Source: an uncultured Candidatus Rokubacteria bacterium
GTDB lineage: Bacteria > Methylomirabilota > Methylomirabilia > Rokubacteriales > CSP1-6
Assembly: GCA_963771355.1 (NCBI GenBank)
Contig: CAVYTA010000006.1
Location: 2,560,001 to 2,624,000 of the forward strand
Direction: 5' to 3'
Length of the DNA stretch: 64,000 nt
The notes under the pieces were generated by a model, which worked only from the letters and a program-made list of their open reading frames with translations, was not told the origin of the DNA and made no database searches. Of the stretch, positions 1 through 10,145 are shown piece by piece. The translations under genes were made by a program, and so were the position numbers. Each line of letters starts with the position of its first letter. Position 1 is the first letter of the stretch.

Positions 1-456
1 ATAGTGGTAGCGGGGGCCGCGGTGGTCGAGCACCTCGCTGGTCAGCCCTTGCAGCACGATGGCCAGCGTCTCCTGATAGATCTCCTCGGTCTCCAGATGG
101 TGGAGGTCGAAGAACGCCATCTCGTACGGCACGATACCCCGGCCCACGCCGAAGTCGAAGCGGCCGCGCGAGAGGTGGTCGAGCATGCACACCTCCTCGA
201 TGAGCCGCAGCGGGTCGTAGAGCGGCAGGCAGTAGACGCAGGGGCCCAGACGGATGCGCCGCGTGCGCTGGGTGGCGGCGGCGAGGAAGAGTCCGGGCAC
301 CGGGGCGAGGCCTAGCGGGGTGGCGTGATGCTCGGCGAGGTGATAGGAGTAGAAGCCCGCCGCGTCGTACTTCTCCAGCAGCCGCAGCCGGCTCTCGTAG
401 TGCTCGTGCAGCGGCACGTCCCGCTTGTCCAGATGATCGAAGACCCCGAGCTCCAT
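1..456 (-). CDS. LLM-class flavin-dependent oxidoreductase, N-terminal part (runs off window start)
   Basis: Hand translation from CAT 454-456: MELGVFDHLD...YHLAEHHATPLG...RIRLG...PLRLIEEVCMLDHLSRGRFDFGVGRG, a luciferase-like signature. Not in the ORF track. Confidence 0.9.
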   Translation of the reverse strand, partial: MELGVFDHLDKRDVPLHEHYESRLRLLEKYDAAGFYSYHLAEHHATPLGLAPVPGLFLAAATQRTRRIRLGPCVYCLPLYDPLRLIEEVCMLDHLSRGRFDFGVGRGIVPYEMAFFDLHHLETEEIYQETLAIVLQGLTSEVLDHRGPRYHY

Positions 457-595
457 GGCGCCCGCCAGCGTATACCGCGCCCCCGGGGGAAGGAAAGCGT
501 CGAAGAAAAGCTCCCTGGAGAAGGAGCCGCCCGGTGGAGTACCATGGGCCCACGATCGAGCGGTACACCCCGGGCGCATCGAAGAGGAGCGTTCC

Positions 596-2311
596 ATGGC
601 CTACGATCTCCTGATCAAGAACGGCTGGGTGGTGGACGGGTCCGGTCGGCCGCGGTACCGGGCCGATGTGGGCGTGAGCGGGGGACGCATCGCGGCCATC
701 GGTCGCATACGTGAATCCGCCCGCGAAGTCCTCGACGCCGAAGGTCAGGTGGTCTCCCCCGGCTTCGTGGACGGCCACACCCACATGGACGCCCAGGTGT
801 TCTGGGATCCGCTCGGGACCTGCTCCTGCTGGCACGGCATCACCACCGTGGTCATGGGGAACTGCGGCTTCACCCTCGCCCCCTGTGCCAAGGAGGACCG
901 GCACCTCGTGATCCGCAATCTCCAGCGCGCCGAGGACATCTCGCTGGAGGCGATGGAAGCGGGCATCGAGTGGAAGTGGAAGACCTTCGCCGAGTTTCTC
1001 GATACCGTCGACGGGCTCCCCAAGGGCATCAACTACTCGGGCTACATGGGCCACTCCGCGCTGCGCACCTATGTCATGGGCGAGCGCGCCTTCGAGCAGG
1101 AGGCGTCCGAGGACGATCTCCGCGCCATGGAAGCCGAGCTGCGCAGCGGGCTGCGCGCCGGCGCCATCGGGTTCACGACCTCCCGGTCGCCGAGCCATGA
1201 GACCCCGGACCGCCGGCCGGTGGCGAGTCGGCTCGCCAGCTGGGACGAGGTCCGGCGGCTGGTCGGCGTGATGGGCGACATGAACGCCGGCATCTTCGAG
1301 CTCGCCGGTGAGGCCGTGGATCGCGACCCCAACAATCCCGGCCTCGTCGACTATCACCGGCGCCTGCGCGAGCTGGCGGTCGAGACGGGTCGGCCCGTCA
1401 CGTTCGGGCTCTTCAGCCGTCGGGATGCCCCGGACGCCTGGCGCGCGTACGTGAAGCTGCTCGAGGACACCGCCGCCCAGGGCGGGCGCATGACGGCCCA
1501 GGTGCATAGCCGCGCGCTGTCCGCCGTGCTCTCGTTCAAGACCCAGCTCCCCTTCGATCGGCTGCCGGTGTGGCGCGAGCTGCGCGCGCTGCCGCTGGAG
1601 GAGCAGAAGCGGCGTCTGCAGGATCCCGAGCTGCGGAGGAAGCTGGTGGCGGCCGCGCGCGAGCGCGAGGACCGCAAGGCCATCGGCACCGAGGCGCGTC
1701 CGGCCGTGTACGAGTGGATCCACGTCATGGAGAGCGTGCACGGCCCCCACAAGTCGGTGGCGGAGATCGCGCAGGCGCGCGGGGTGGATCCGGTGGAGGC
1801 CATGATCGACCTCGGCATCGAGACCGACATGGACGTGTTCTTCCTCCAGCCCATCGCCAACGAGAACCAGGAGATCGCGCTGGAGCTGATCAAGAACCCG
1901 CGCACCGTCGTCACGTTCTCCGATTCGGGCGCGCATGTGTCCCAGTTGATGGACGCCTCCCTCCAGACTCACCTCCTCGCCCACTGGGTGCGCGCCAAGC
2001 AGGCCCTCACTCTGGAGGAGGCGGTGCGCATGCTGACCTTCGACACCGCCACCATGTGGGGCTTCTCGGACCGCGGGCTGGTGCGCGAGGGCATGGCGGC
2101 GGACCTGGTGGTCTTCGATCCCGACACCATCGCCGCCGAGATGCCGGAAGTGGTGAACGACCTCCCCGCGGGGGCGCGACGCCTCATCCAGCGCTGCCGG
2201 GGCGTGGCCGCCACCGTGGTCAACGGCGAGATCCTGCTCCGGGACGGCAAGCATACCGGCGCGCTGCCCGGCAAGCTCCTGCGGGGGCCGCTGGCGCGCG
2301 CGGGAGTGTGA
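596..2311 (+). CDS. N-acyl-D-amino-acid deacylase family amidohydrolase
   Basis: MAYDLLIKNGWVVDGSG, PGFVDGHTHMD, SDSGAH, G..ADLVVFDP motifs; GAGGAG RBS before ATG 596. Confidence 0.9.
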   Translation: MAYDLLIKNGWVVDGSGRPRYRADVGVSGGRIAAIGRIRESAREVLDAEGQVVSPGFVDGHTHMDAQVFWDPLGTCSCWHGITTVVMGNCGFTLAPCAKEDRHLVIRNLQRAEDISLEAMEAGIEWKWKTFAEFLDTVDGLPKGINYSGYMGHSALRTYVMGERAFEQEASEDDLRAMEAELRSGLRAGAIGFTTSRSPSHETPDRRPVASRLASWDEVRRLVGVMGDMNAGIFELAGEAVDRDPNNPGLVDYHRRLRELAVETGRPVTFGLFSRRDAPDAWRAYVKLLEDTAAQGGRMTAQVHSRALSAVLSFKTQLPFDRLPVWRELRALPLEEQKRRLQDPELRRKLVAAAREREDRKAIGTEARPAVYEWIHVMESVHGPHKSVAEIAQARGVDPVEAMIDLGIETDMDVFFLQPIANENQEIALELIKNPRTVVTFSDSGAHVSQLMDASLQTHLLAHWVRAKQALTLEEAVRMLTFDTATMWGFSDRGLVREGMAADLVVFDPDTIAAEMPEVVNDLPAGARRLIQRCRGVAATVVNGEILLRDGKHTGALPGKLLRGPLARAGV

Positions 2312-3393
2312 CCCCGGCGGCCTCCGTCCCAAAGCCTGTCCGGAAGGGCGGCGGCGCGCACCTCGTGGGGAGCGTGCCGCTGCCCGACACGGAGTCGGTG
2401 TTCCGCACGCTCACCACCGCGCTCGGCCCTCACCTGCGGCGGCTCCCCGACGGCGAGACCGGCGAGCGCCGCCGCTGGATCTTCTTCCAGAGCGTGATGC
2501 TCAAGAATCATCCCGCCATGGAGGAGGACCCCACCGTCCCGCCCTTCGCGCTCCGCCAGTGGGACGGCAAGCTCCTGCGCGAGATGACGCTGCTTCGCTT
2601 CCGCGCCGGCGTCGATCCCCAGCAGGTCCACTTCGAGACCGGCTATGCGCAGGCGGCGCTGGCTTCCTACGACGTGTTCCGGCGCCTTCACGCCGAGATG
2701 GTGATCCCCCCGGGCGTGCGCTTCCAGGTCTGCCTCCCCACCCCCATGGCGAGCGCCTTCATGTACGTGAGCCCGGCGGCGCGGGACGCTTACGTGCCGG
2801 CCTACGAGCGCGCGCTGCGCCGGGCGCTCGGCGATATCGTCGCCGCCATCCCCCATGCGCAGCTCGCCATCCAGTGGGACGTGTGCCAGGAGGTGCTCCT
2901 CTACGAGGGCTTCTTCCCCGATCGGCCCGCGGACTACAAGCAACGCATCGTGGCGGAGCTGGCGCGGCTGGGTGACGCGGTGCCCGAGGGCGTGGAGATG
3001 GGCTATCACCTCTGCTACGGCTCCCCCGCCGACGAGCACCTCGTCATGCCGAAGGACACCGCCATCATGGTAGAGATGGCGAACGCCGTCCGCGCGGAGC
3101 TGAAGCGGACGATCGAGTTCCTCCACGTGCCGGTGCCGCAGGACCGCGCGGACGCGGACTATGTCCGCCCCCTGGCCGGCCTCGCGGGCTTCGACGACAC
3201 CGAGCTCTATCTCGGGCTCATCCACCACCAGGATCCCATCGGGGACCTCACGCGGATCAATGCCGCGCGCAAGGTGGTGGGGCACTTCGGGGTGGCGTCG
3301 GAATGCGGCTGGGGGCGAACGGATCCCCAGCGCGTGTCGGGGCTGCTGGAGAGCCACCGCGCCGCGCTGGAGCGCATGCGCGAGGACGGCTGA
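2308..3393 (+). CDS. Cobalamin-independent methionine synthase (MetE) catalytic-domain-like protein
   Basis: GTGA overlap with upstream stop; HLVGSVP, PDGETGER, IQWDV, HLCYG (H-x-C Zn ligands) and C-terminal ECGWGR. Confidence 0.75.
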   Translation: MTPAASVPKPVRKGGGAHLVGSVPLPDTESVFRTLTTALGPHLRRLPDGETGERRRWIFFQSVMLKNHPAMEEDPTVPPFALRQWDGKLLREMTLLRFRAGVDPQQVHFETGYAQAALASYDVFRRLHAEMVIPPGVRFQVCLPTPMASAFMYVSPAARDAYVPAYERALRRALGDIVAAIPHAQLAIQWDVCQEVLLYEGFFPDRPADYKQRIVAELARLGDAVPEGVEMGYHLCYGSPADEHLVMPKDTAIMVEMANAVRAELKRTIEFLHVPVPQDRADADYVRPLAGLAGFDDTELYLGLIHHQDPIGDLTRINAARKVVGHFGVASECGWGRTDPQRVSGLLESHRAALERMREDG

Positions 3394-3402
3394 GGGCTTC
3401 TC

Positions 3403-4593
3403 TCAGTCCTTCGGCAGGCCGAGCACCCGCTCGCCGATGATGTTCCGCTGGATCTCGCTGGTCCCGCCCGCGATCGTGTACTGCCGCGCGCTGACGACAC
3501 GGTTGTACCAGCGCGGCGCGTCGGGGACATCGGCGGTGGGCTGATTGACGAGCACGCGGGGCCCCAGCAGCTCCCCCGCGAAGTCCGCGATGCGCACCCC
3601 CAGCTCGGAGCCGAAGAGCTTGAGGATGGAGCCCTCGGGCCCGGGCGGCTCGCCGCGGAGCTGCCGGGTGAGGTTGCGGTAGCGCGTGTACTTCAGCGCG
3701 GCGGCGTCGATGACGAGCTGCGCCCAGCGCTGGCGCACCACCGGGCTCTCCCACGCGGGCGCCCCGTTCACGGCCAGCTCGCGCGCGAGGGCGCCCAGCC
3801 GCCGGACCTGATCGTCGTGGCCGCGCCCGCCGCCCGCCTTGCGCTCGTACATGAGGGTGGTCATGGCCACGCCCCAGCCCTGGTTGACCTTGCCCACGAG
3901 GTTTTCCTTGGGCACCGCCACGTCCACGAAGAACACCTCGTTGAAGTGCCGGTGGCCGTTCATGAGCACGAGCGGGCGCACCGTGATCCCGGGCGTCTTC
4001 ATGTCCACCAGCAGATAGCTGATGCCTCGGTGCTTCGGCGCGGCCGGATCCGTTCGCACCAGGAGATAGATCCAGTCCGCGAACTGGGCGCCCGAGGTCC
4101 AGACCTTCTGGCCGTTGACGAGGAAGTGATCGCCCTTGTCGATCGCCCGCGTCTGCAGGCCGGCGAGATCCGAGCCCGCGCCGGGCTCGGAGAATCCCTG
4201 GCACCAGATGTCCTCGGCGGTGAGGATGCGCGGCACGAACCGCGCCTTCTGCGCCGGCGTCCCGCACTCGATGAGGGTGGGCCCGATCATGCCGATGCCG
4301 GAATAGCCCGGCAGCACCGGCGCCCGCACGCGAAAGCACTCCTCGTCGTAGATGAGCTGCTCCATCAAGGTGGCGCCGCGCCCGCCGTACTCCTTGGGCC
4401 AGGAGACGCCCACCCAGCCCGCCTTGCACATGGTGCGCTGCCAGGCCACGCGCTTCTCGAAAGTGGGGCGATCGGGCGCCACGCGCTCGTCGGTGGGATC
4501 GTCCACGCAGAGCTCGCGCGGCAGATTGGCGGCCAGCCAGCCGCGCAGCTCCTGGCGGAAGGCTTCCTGCTCCGGTGTGTTCTGGAAGTCCAT
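3403..4593 (-). CDS. Acyl-CoA dehydrogenase family protein
   Basis: WCQGFSEPGAGSDLA, VNGQKVWTS, FNEVFF, IAGGTSEIQRNII. Confidence 0.93.
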   Translation of the reverse strand: MDFQNTPEQEAFRQELRGWLAANLPRELCVDDPTDERVAPDRPTFEKRVAWQRTMCKAGWVGVSWPKEYGGRGATLMEQLIYDEECFRVRAPVLPGYSGIGMIGPTLIECGTPAQKARFVPRILTAEDIWCQGFSEPGAGSDLAGLQTRAIDKGDHFLVNGQKVWTSGAQFADWIYLLVRTDPAAPKHRGISYLLVDMKTPGITVRPLVLMNGHRHFNEVFFVDVAVPKENLVGKVNQGWGVAMTTLMYERKAGGGRGHDDQVRRLGALARELAVNGAPAWESPVVRQRWAQLVIDAAALKYTRYRNLTRQLRGEPPGPEGSILKLFGSELGVRIADFAGELLGPRVLVNQPTADVPDAPRWYNRVVSARQYTIAGGTSEIQRNIIGERVLGLPKD

Positions 4594-4617
4594 CGCGCTC
4601 GATACTACCGCAGGTGC

Positions 4618-5088
4618 TCAGTCGCTTGCGAGGCGCTCGACGCGGGCGCCGGAGAGACGCAGGTAGTCGGCGGCAGCCATCACGATGGACACGTCGTTGC
4701 TCCCGGCATTGAAGGCGATCTCCTCGCGCGCCGCCAGCGCTTCGTCCACGAGGACCGGCAGGCCGAAGAGATTGCCGAAGGGCGGGACGGCGCCGGGGAC
4801 GCAGCCGGTGAGGGCGAGCAGCTCCTCCGGGGTGGCGAAGCGCAGGGTGCGGGTGGAGAGGAGAGCGCGGACGCGGGCATTGTCCACCCGCCGGCTCCCC
4901 GGCAGCACCACCTGCACGGGCGCGTCGGCGGCGAGGAGCACGAGGGCCTTGGCGCCCGACTCGGGAGGCGTGCCGCGGACGCGCGCCGCTTCCGCGCTGG
5001 TGAAGACGGGCGCGTGCTCGAGGAGGCGGTAACGCGCCCCCTGCTCGCGGAGCCAGGCCTCCAGGCGCTCTGTCACCGGCGTCCGCAT
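4618..5088 (-). CDS. YbaK/ProXp-family aminoacyl-tRNA deacylase (trans-editing domain)
   Basis: LEHAPVFTS, GAKAL (catalytic Lys), GCVPGAVPPFG, FNAG; start placed at ATG 5088. Confidence 0.85.
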   Translation of the reverse strand: MRTPVTERLEAWLREQGARYRLLEHAPVFTSAEAARVRGTPPESGAKALVLLAADAPVQVVLPGSRRVDNARVRALLSTRTLRFATPEELLALTGCVPGAVPPFGNLFGLPVLVDEALAAREEIAFNAGSNDVSIVMAAADYLRLSGARVERLASD

Positions 5089-5131
5089 CCGCGGTAGTAT
5101 AGACGCCCATCGCGGCCAACGGAGACTGCCC

Positions 5132-6220
5132 ATGAAGATCACCCACGTCCAGACCCACGTGCTGCGCACCCCGGCGGGCAATCCCCTGGTGGTGGGGCTG
5201 CCCGCGCCCACCGACACGCGCGAGTTCGTCACCGTGGAGCTGGGCACCGATCAGGGTCTGACCGGGCTCGGCCTCACCTTCTTCGGCGGCGCGCTCACGC
5301 CGGCGCTGAAATCCGCGGTGGACACCCTCGCCGGGCTGACCATCGGCGAGGACCCCACCCAGACGGAGCTGATCGCGGCGAAGTGCCGTCGCGCCGCCAG
5401 CCACGCCGGGCCCGGCGGGATCTACACGCTCGCGCTGTCCGCCATCGACATCGCGTGCTGGGACCTCAAGGGCAAGGCGGTCGGGCAATCCGTGTGCGCG
5501 CTGCTGGGCGGGCTGCGCGACCGCGCGCCGACGTACGCCAGCGGCGCCCTCATGCGGCCGCATCCGGTGAAGTACCTGGCCGAGGCGGGCCCACGGCTGG
5601 TCAAGATGGGGTTCCGCCAGATGAAGATGCAGTGTGGGAGCGAGGCCACGGTGGCGGAATCCATCGAGCGCGTGCGCGTCATGCGCGAAAGCATCGGCCC
5701 CGATGTGGACCTCATGTGCGACATCAACCAGCTCTGGAGCGTGAACCAGGCCATCGAGATCGGCCACCGGATCGCGGACTACCACCTCTTCTGGCTAGAA
5801 GACCCGGTCGCCCACGACGACTTCCCGGGACTCGCCCGCGTGGCCGACAACCTCATCACGCCCATCGCCGCCGGCGAGTATCACTACGGCATCGTGCCCT
5901 TCCGTCACATGCTCGAGCACCGTTCCATCGACATCGTGATGATCGACCTCCTGCGGGCGGGCGGCATCACGCAGTGGATGAAGATTGCGGGCATGGCGGA
6001 AGCCTTCAACCTGCCGGTGGTCAGCCACCTCATCCCCGAGTTCCACGTCCACCTCATCGCTGCCATTCCCAACGGGCTCACGGTGGAGTACATGCCGTGG
6101 ACGCTCGAGCTCTTCGAGGAGACACCCGCCATGGATGCGGGCCAGCTGATGGTGCCGCGCAAGCCGGGCTTCGGGCTCTCGTTCGACGCGGCCGCGATCA
6201 AGCGCTACAGGGTCGGCTGA
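5132..6220 (+). CDS. Mandelate racemase/muconate lactonising enzyme (enolase superfamily)
   Basis: [33 protein letters not shown] motifs; GGAG RBS. Confidence 0.9.
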   Translation: MKITHVQTHVLRTPAGNPLVVGLPAPTDTREFVTVELGTDQGLTGLGLTFFGGALTPALKSAVDTLAGLTIGEDPTQTELIAAKCRRAASHAGPGGIYTLALSAIDIACWDLKGKAVGQSVCALLGGLRDRAPTYASGALMRPHPVKYLAEAGPRLVKMGFRQMKMQCGSEATVAESIERVRVMRESIGPDVDLMCDINQLWSVNQAIEIGHRIADYHLFWLEDPVAHDDFPGLARVADNLITPIAAGEYHYGIVPFRHMLEHRSIDIVMIDLLRAGGITQWMKIAGMAEAFNLPVVSHLIPEFHVHLIAAIPNGLTVEYMPWTLELFEETPAMDAGQLMVPRKPGFGLSFDAAAIKRYRVG

Positions 6221-6245
6221 GGCCGACACAAAGGAGACGAACGAC

Positions 6246-7004
6246 ATGGCTACCGAGAACAAGGTCGCGATCATCACCGGCGCGGGCAGCGGCATCGGCG
6301 AGGCCACCGCGCTGGCGCTTCTGGCCGAGGGCTATTCGGTGGCGCTGGCGGGACGCCGTAAGGACCAGCTCGAGCGGGTGGCGGCTTCCGCGGGACGGCG
6401 GGAGTGATCGGGCGCTGGTGGTGCCGACGGACGTCGCGGATCCAGGCTCGATGCGGAATCTCTTCGCGCGCACCAAGGAAGCGTTCGGGCGCCTGGACCT
6501 CCTCTTCAACAATGCCGGCATCGGCGCGCCCGCCATCCCCATGGAGGAGCTGACCTACGAGCAGTGGAAGGCGGTGGTGGACATCAACCTCACCGGCTCC
6601 TTCCTCTGCACCCAGGAAGCCATCAAGATCATGAAGGACCAGGACCCGCGCGGCGGCCGTATCATCAACAACGGCTCGATCTCGGCGCATGCCCCGCGGC
6701 CCAACTCGGTCGCTTACACCTCCACCAAGCACGCCATCACCGGGCTCACCAAGTCCACCTCGCTGGACGGCCGCAAGTACGACATCGCCTGCGGCCAGAT
6801 CGACATCGGCAACGCGCTGACGCCGCTGGCGGCGCGCATGTCCAAGGGCGTGCCCCAGGCCAACGGCACCGTCGCGCCGGAGCCGCTCTTCGACGTGTCA
6901 CACGTCGCCAACGCCATCGTCTCCATGGCCAAGCTGCCGCTGGATACCAACGTGCAGTTCATGACCATCATGGCGACGAAGATGCCCTTCGTCGGAGGGG
7001 ATGA
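6246..7004 (+). CDS. SDR family oxidoreductase (frameshifted near 6390 and near 6996)
   Basis: [18 protein letters not shown] in one frame; [31 protein letters not shown]...MPFVG in another; expected GRG-stop at 7002-7004 needs one more indel. Confidence 0.85.
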
Positions 7005-7008
7005 TCGA

Positions 7009-8211
7009 CTAAGCGCGGGGCTCGGCGGCCAGCTCCTTCGCGAGCGCGTCGGCGAGCCGCGCGTACTGCGCGCGGTGGTTGTAGAGCTGGGCGGACACGC
7101 GGATCACCCGGTGCGGCGCGCCGGGCCAGCGCATGATCGGCACCTCGATGCCCCAGCCCTCGAAGAGCCGGGGCTGAAGCGGGTCGGCCTGGCGCCAGGC
7201 GGGGTTCTTGAGCGGGCTCTCCGGAAGGCGCACGCTGGCGATGGAGCCGATCATCTCGTCCGGGCACGCCGGCGCCGTGCCCGCCGCGGCGCACAGGAGC
7301 CGACGCGCCTCCAGCGCCAGCGCACGATTGCGCGCCATCACCGCGGGCCAGCCGCCGGGTAGCAGCCCGCCCACATAGTCGATCGCCCTCGGCACCGTGA
7401 GCCAGCCGGTGGGGTCGCTGGTTCCCGTCCAGTCGAACTCGAGGCGGAAGCGCGTCCGCCCCGGACGCTCGCCGGTGGCGCCGTGGCTGATGGTGAGCGG
7501 ATGGACCTCGGGCTGGCGGTCGCGGCGCGCCCAGAGGAAGGCCGAGCCCTTCGGCGCGCAGAGCCACTTGTGGCAGTTGCCGCTGTAGTAAGCGGCGCCC
7601 AGCCGGGTGAGATCGAGCGGCACCATGCCCGGCCCATGCGCGCCGTCCACCAGCGTGTCGATCCCCCGCGCGGCCAGCGCCTCGACCATTCTCTCGATGG
7701 GCAGGATGAGCGCGGTGGGGCTCGTGATGTGGTCGAGCAGCGCCAGCCGCGTGCGCGGCGTCACCTTGGCGAGGACGATCTCCACGACCTCGTCGGGGGA
7801 AGACACCGGAAACGGGATGGTCGCCACCACGACGCGCGCCCCCGTCCGCCGGGCCACGAAGTCGAGCGTGTTCTTGCAGGCGCCATAGGCGTGATCGGTG
7901 GTGAGGAGCTCGTCGCCCGTCGCGAAGGGGAGCGAGCGGAGCACCGCGTTCACCCCGCTGGTGGCGTTGGAGACGAAGGCCAGATCGTCGGGATCGGCCC
8001 CCACGAAGGCACCCAGCGCGCGCCGCGCGACCTCCAGACGCGCATCCAGCTCGCGGCCGAGGAAGCGCACCGGCTCCGCTTCCAGCTCGGCGCGGAGCGC
8101 GGCCTGATGGCGCAGCACCTCGGCAGGGCAGGCGCCGTACGAGCCGTGGTTGAGGAAGGCGACGGCGGGGTCGAGCGGCCAGAGCGCCGCGAGGTCCGGC
8201 GGGGTGGTCAC
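7009..8211 (-). CDS. Class V PLP enzyme (isopenicillin N epimerase / cysteine desulfhydrase-like)
   Basis: [34 protein letters not shown] (PLP Lys), RVSAQLYN. Confidence 0.85.
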   Translation of the reverse strand: MTTPPDLAALWPLDPAVAFLNHGSYGACPAEVLRHQAALRAELEAEPVRFLGRELDARLEVARRALGAFVGADPDDLAFVSNATSGVNAVLRSLPFATGDELLTTDHAYGACKNTLDFVARRTGARVVVATIPFPVSSPDEVVEIVLAKVTPRTRLALLDHITSPTALILPIERMVEALAARGIDTLVDGAHGPGMVPLDLTRLGAAYYSGNCHKWLCAPKGSAFLWARRDRQPEVHPLTISHGATGERPGRTRFRLEFDWTGTSDPTGWLTVPRAIDYVGGLLPGGWPAVMARNRALALEARRLLCAAAGTAPACPDEMIGSIASVRLPESPLKNPAWRQADPLQPRLFEGWGIEVPIMRWPGAPHRVIRVSAQLYNHRAQYARLADALAKELAAEPRA

Positions 8212-8224
8212 GGCCGGGCCCGGC

Positions 8225-9268
8225 TCAGAGCGGCTTGACGTCGACGGCCTGGCCCGACGCGGCGCTCTTCGTCACCGCGTCGGTGAACTCCATGTAGCGG
8301 ACGCCGTCCTCGAAGGTGGTGTGGGTGATCTTCTCTCGCCCGCGGATGGCGTTGATGAACTCCTCCTCCACCCGCCAGCCGATCCGCTTCTCCTTCGCGA
8401 TCGGGATCTCCTTCAGCGCGCTCTCGCCCTTGCGCGCGCCCGACAGCCGCTTGGCGTCCGCCTCGAGACGAATCGTCCCCTCGGTGCCGAAGATCCACAC
8501 CTCGGGCGGCGGGGCCAGCGCGGTCACGGAGCTGAAGCGCAGGTGAGCGGTCGCGCCATTGCCGAGCTCGGTGAGGATGTCGGCGTGATCAGGCACCTTC
8601 ACGTCGTGCATCTTGCCGTCGGCGTCTTTTCTCCTGGGCACGGTCACGCGGGTGAAGGCGGTGAGCCGCTTCGCGTGCCCCAGCCAGCGCGACATGGCCT
8701 CGTACCAGATCCCCATGTTGAGAATGTTGTGGCCGGAGAGCGAGAGGTCCTGGCGCCAGTGGAGCGGGGCCGCCGGGTCCACGAACTTTCCCTGCCCCGC
8801 CTGGAGCTCGACCGCCACCACCTCGCCGACGAACCCGTCGGCGATCAGCGCCTTCAGCGTCGGGTCGGTCTCGAGCGTATGCGGCGCCGGCACCAGCTGG
8901 GCCACCAGGTTCGGCGCCTTGCGCGAGGCCTCGAGCATGCGGCGCCCCTCCGCCGCGTTCATGGCCATGCGCGCCTCGCAGAGCACGTGCTTGCCCGCCG
9001 CCAGCGCGGCCAGCGTCAGCTCGCAGTGCATGTAGGGCCAGGTGCCGATGCAGATGGCGTCCACGTCGGGCGAGGCGATCAGCTCGCGCCAGCCGCCGTA
9101 CACCTTGGGGATGTCGAACTCCTTGGCCACGCGGTCGCCGGACTCGACGCTGCGGTTGGCCACCCCCATGAGGACCACGCCGGGCTGGGCCCGGAGCTTG
9201 GGGATGTGATGGAGACGGGTATTGGCGCCGGCACCGACGAACCCTACGCGGATGGCCTGTTCGCTCAT
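8225..9268 (-). CDS. Gfo/Idh/MocA family oxidoreductase
   Basis: IRVGFVGAG, VDAICIGTWP, GKHVLCEARMA. Confidence 0.88.
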   Translation of the reverse strand: MSEQAIRVGFVGAGANTRLHHIPKLRAQPGVVLMGVANRSVESGDRVAKEFDIPKVYGGWRELIASPDVDAICIGTWPYMHCELTLAALAAGKHVLCEARMAMNAAEGRRMLEASRKAPNLVAQLVPAPHTLETDPTLKALIADGFVGEVVAVELQAGQGKFVDPAAPLHWRQDLSLSGHNILNMGIWYEAMSRWLGHAKRLTAFTRVTVPRRKDADGKMHDVKVPDHADILTELGNGATAHLRFSSVTALAPPPEVWIFGTEGTIRLEADAKRLSGARKGESALKEIPIAKEKRIGWRVEEEFINAIRGREKITHTTFEDGVRYMEFTDAVTKSAASGQAVDVKPL

Positions 9269-9294
9269 GCGCGACATGATAGCATCGCTCCGCC

Positions 9295-10144
9295 ATGGAA
9301 GATCGCCACGGCCGAGGGCCGCTTCACCGCGGACGTGGCGGGCCCGGCCGGCGCGCCGCTGGTGCTGCTGCTGCACGGGTTCCCCCAGTCGCGGCACTCC
9401 TGGCGCGAGCAGGTGCCCGCGCTCGCCGCCGCGCGCTATCGCGTCATTGCGCCGGATCAGCGCGGCTACTCGCCCGGCGTGCGGCCGGATCCCGCCGCGG
9501 GCCTTGCCGCCTACAGCGTGGATCGGCTCATCGCGGACGTGCTCGATCTCGCCGCCGCCGAGGGGCATGGCGCGAAGCCCTTCCACCTGGTCGGCCACGA
9601 CTGGGGCGGTCATGTCTCGTGGGCGGTGGCGCACCGGCATCCCGAGCGTGTGGCATCCCTGACCATCCTGTCGCGGCCCCATCCGGCCGCCTTTCGCCGC
9701 GCCTTTCGCGAGAACGCGGACAATCAGCAGCATCGCTCCCGTCACCACAAGATCTTCCACGACCCCGCCACCGCGGACCTCTTGCTCGAGGACGGAGGCC
9801 GGCGCTTCAAGCGCAACCTCGCGAATCAGGGCGTGGGCGAGGCGGCGATCGAGGAGTACTACTCGGTGCTGGGCGAGCGCCCGGCGCTCGAGTCGGCGCT
9901 GGCCTGGTATCGCGCGGCGGGCGCGCTCACAGGCACCGAGGTGGGCTCAATCACGGTGCCCACCCTGTATATCTGGGGCGACGCGGACGCCACCGTTGGC
10001 CCGAGCGCGGCTCAATGGACGGCGGAGCACGTGACGGGACCGTATCGCTTCGAGACGGTGCCCGAGGCCGGCCACTTCCTGACGGATCAGGCACCCGCCG
10101 CGATCACGCGGCTGCTCCTCGAGCATCTGACCGCCCACCGCTGA
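9295..10144 (+). CDS. Alpha/beta hydrolase (epoxide hydrolase-like); probable 1-nt indel just after the ATG
   Basis: LLLHGFPQ, APDQRGY, VGHDWGG, IWGDAD, AGHF. ATG 9295 is out of frame by one base with KIATAEG. Confidence 0.85.
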
Positions 10145-10145
10145 G

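Noticed and set aside
7009..8211. Beta-lactam (cefD) or ergothioneine (egtE) biosynthesis
   Set aside because: Family similarity only; no pcbAB/pcbC or egtB/egtD nearby.
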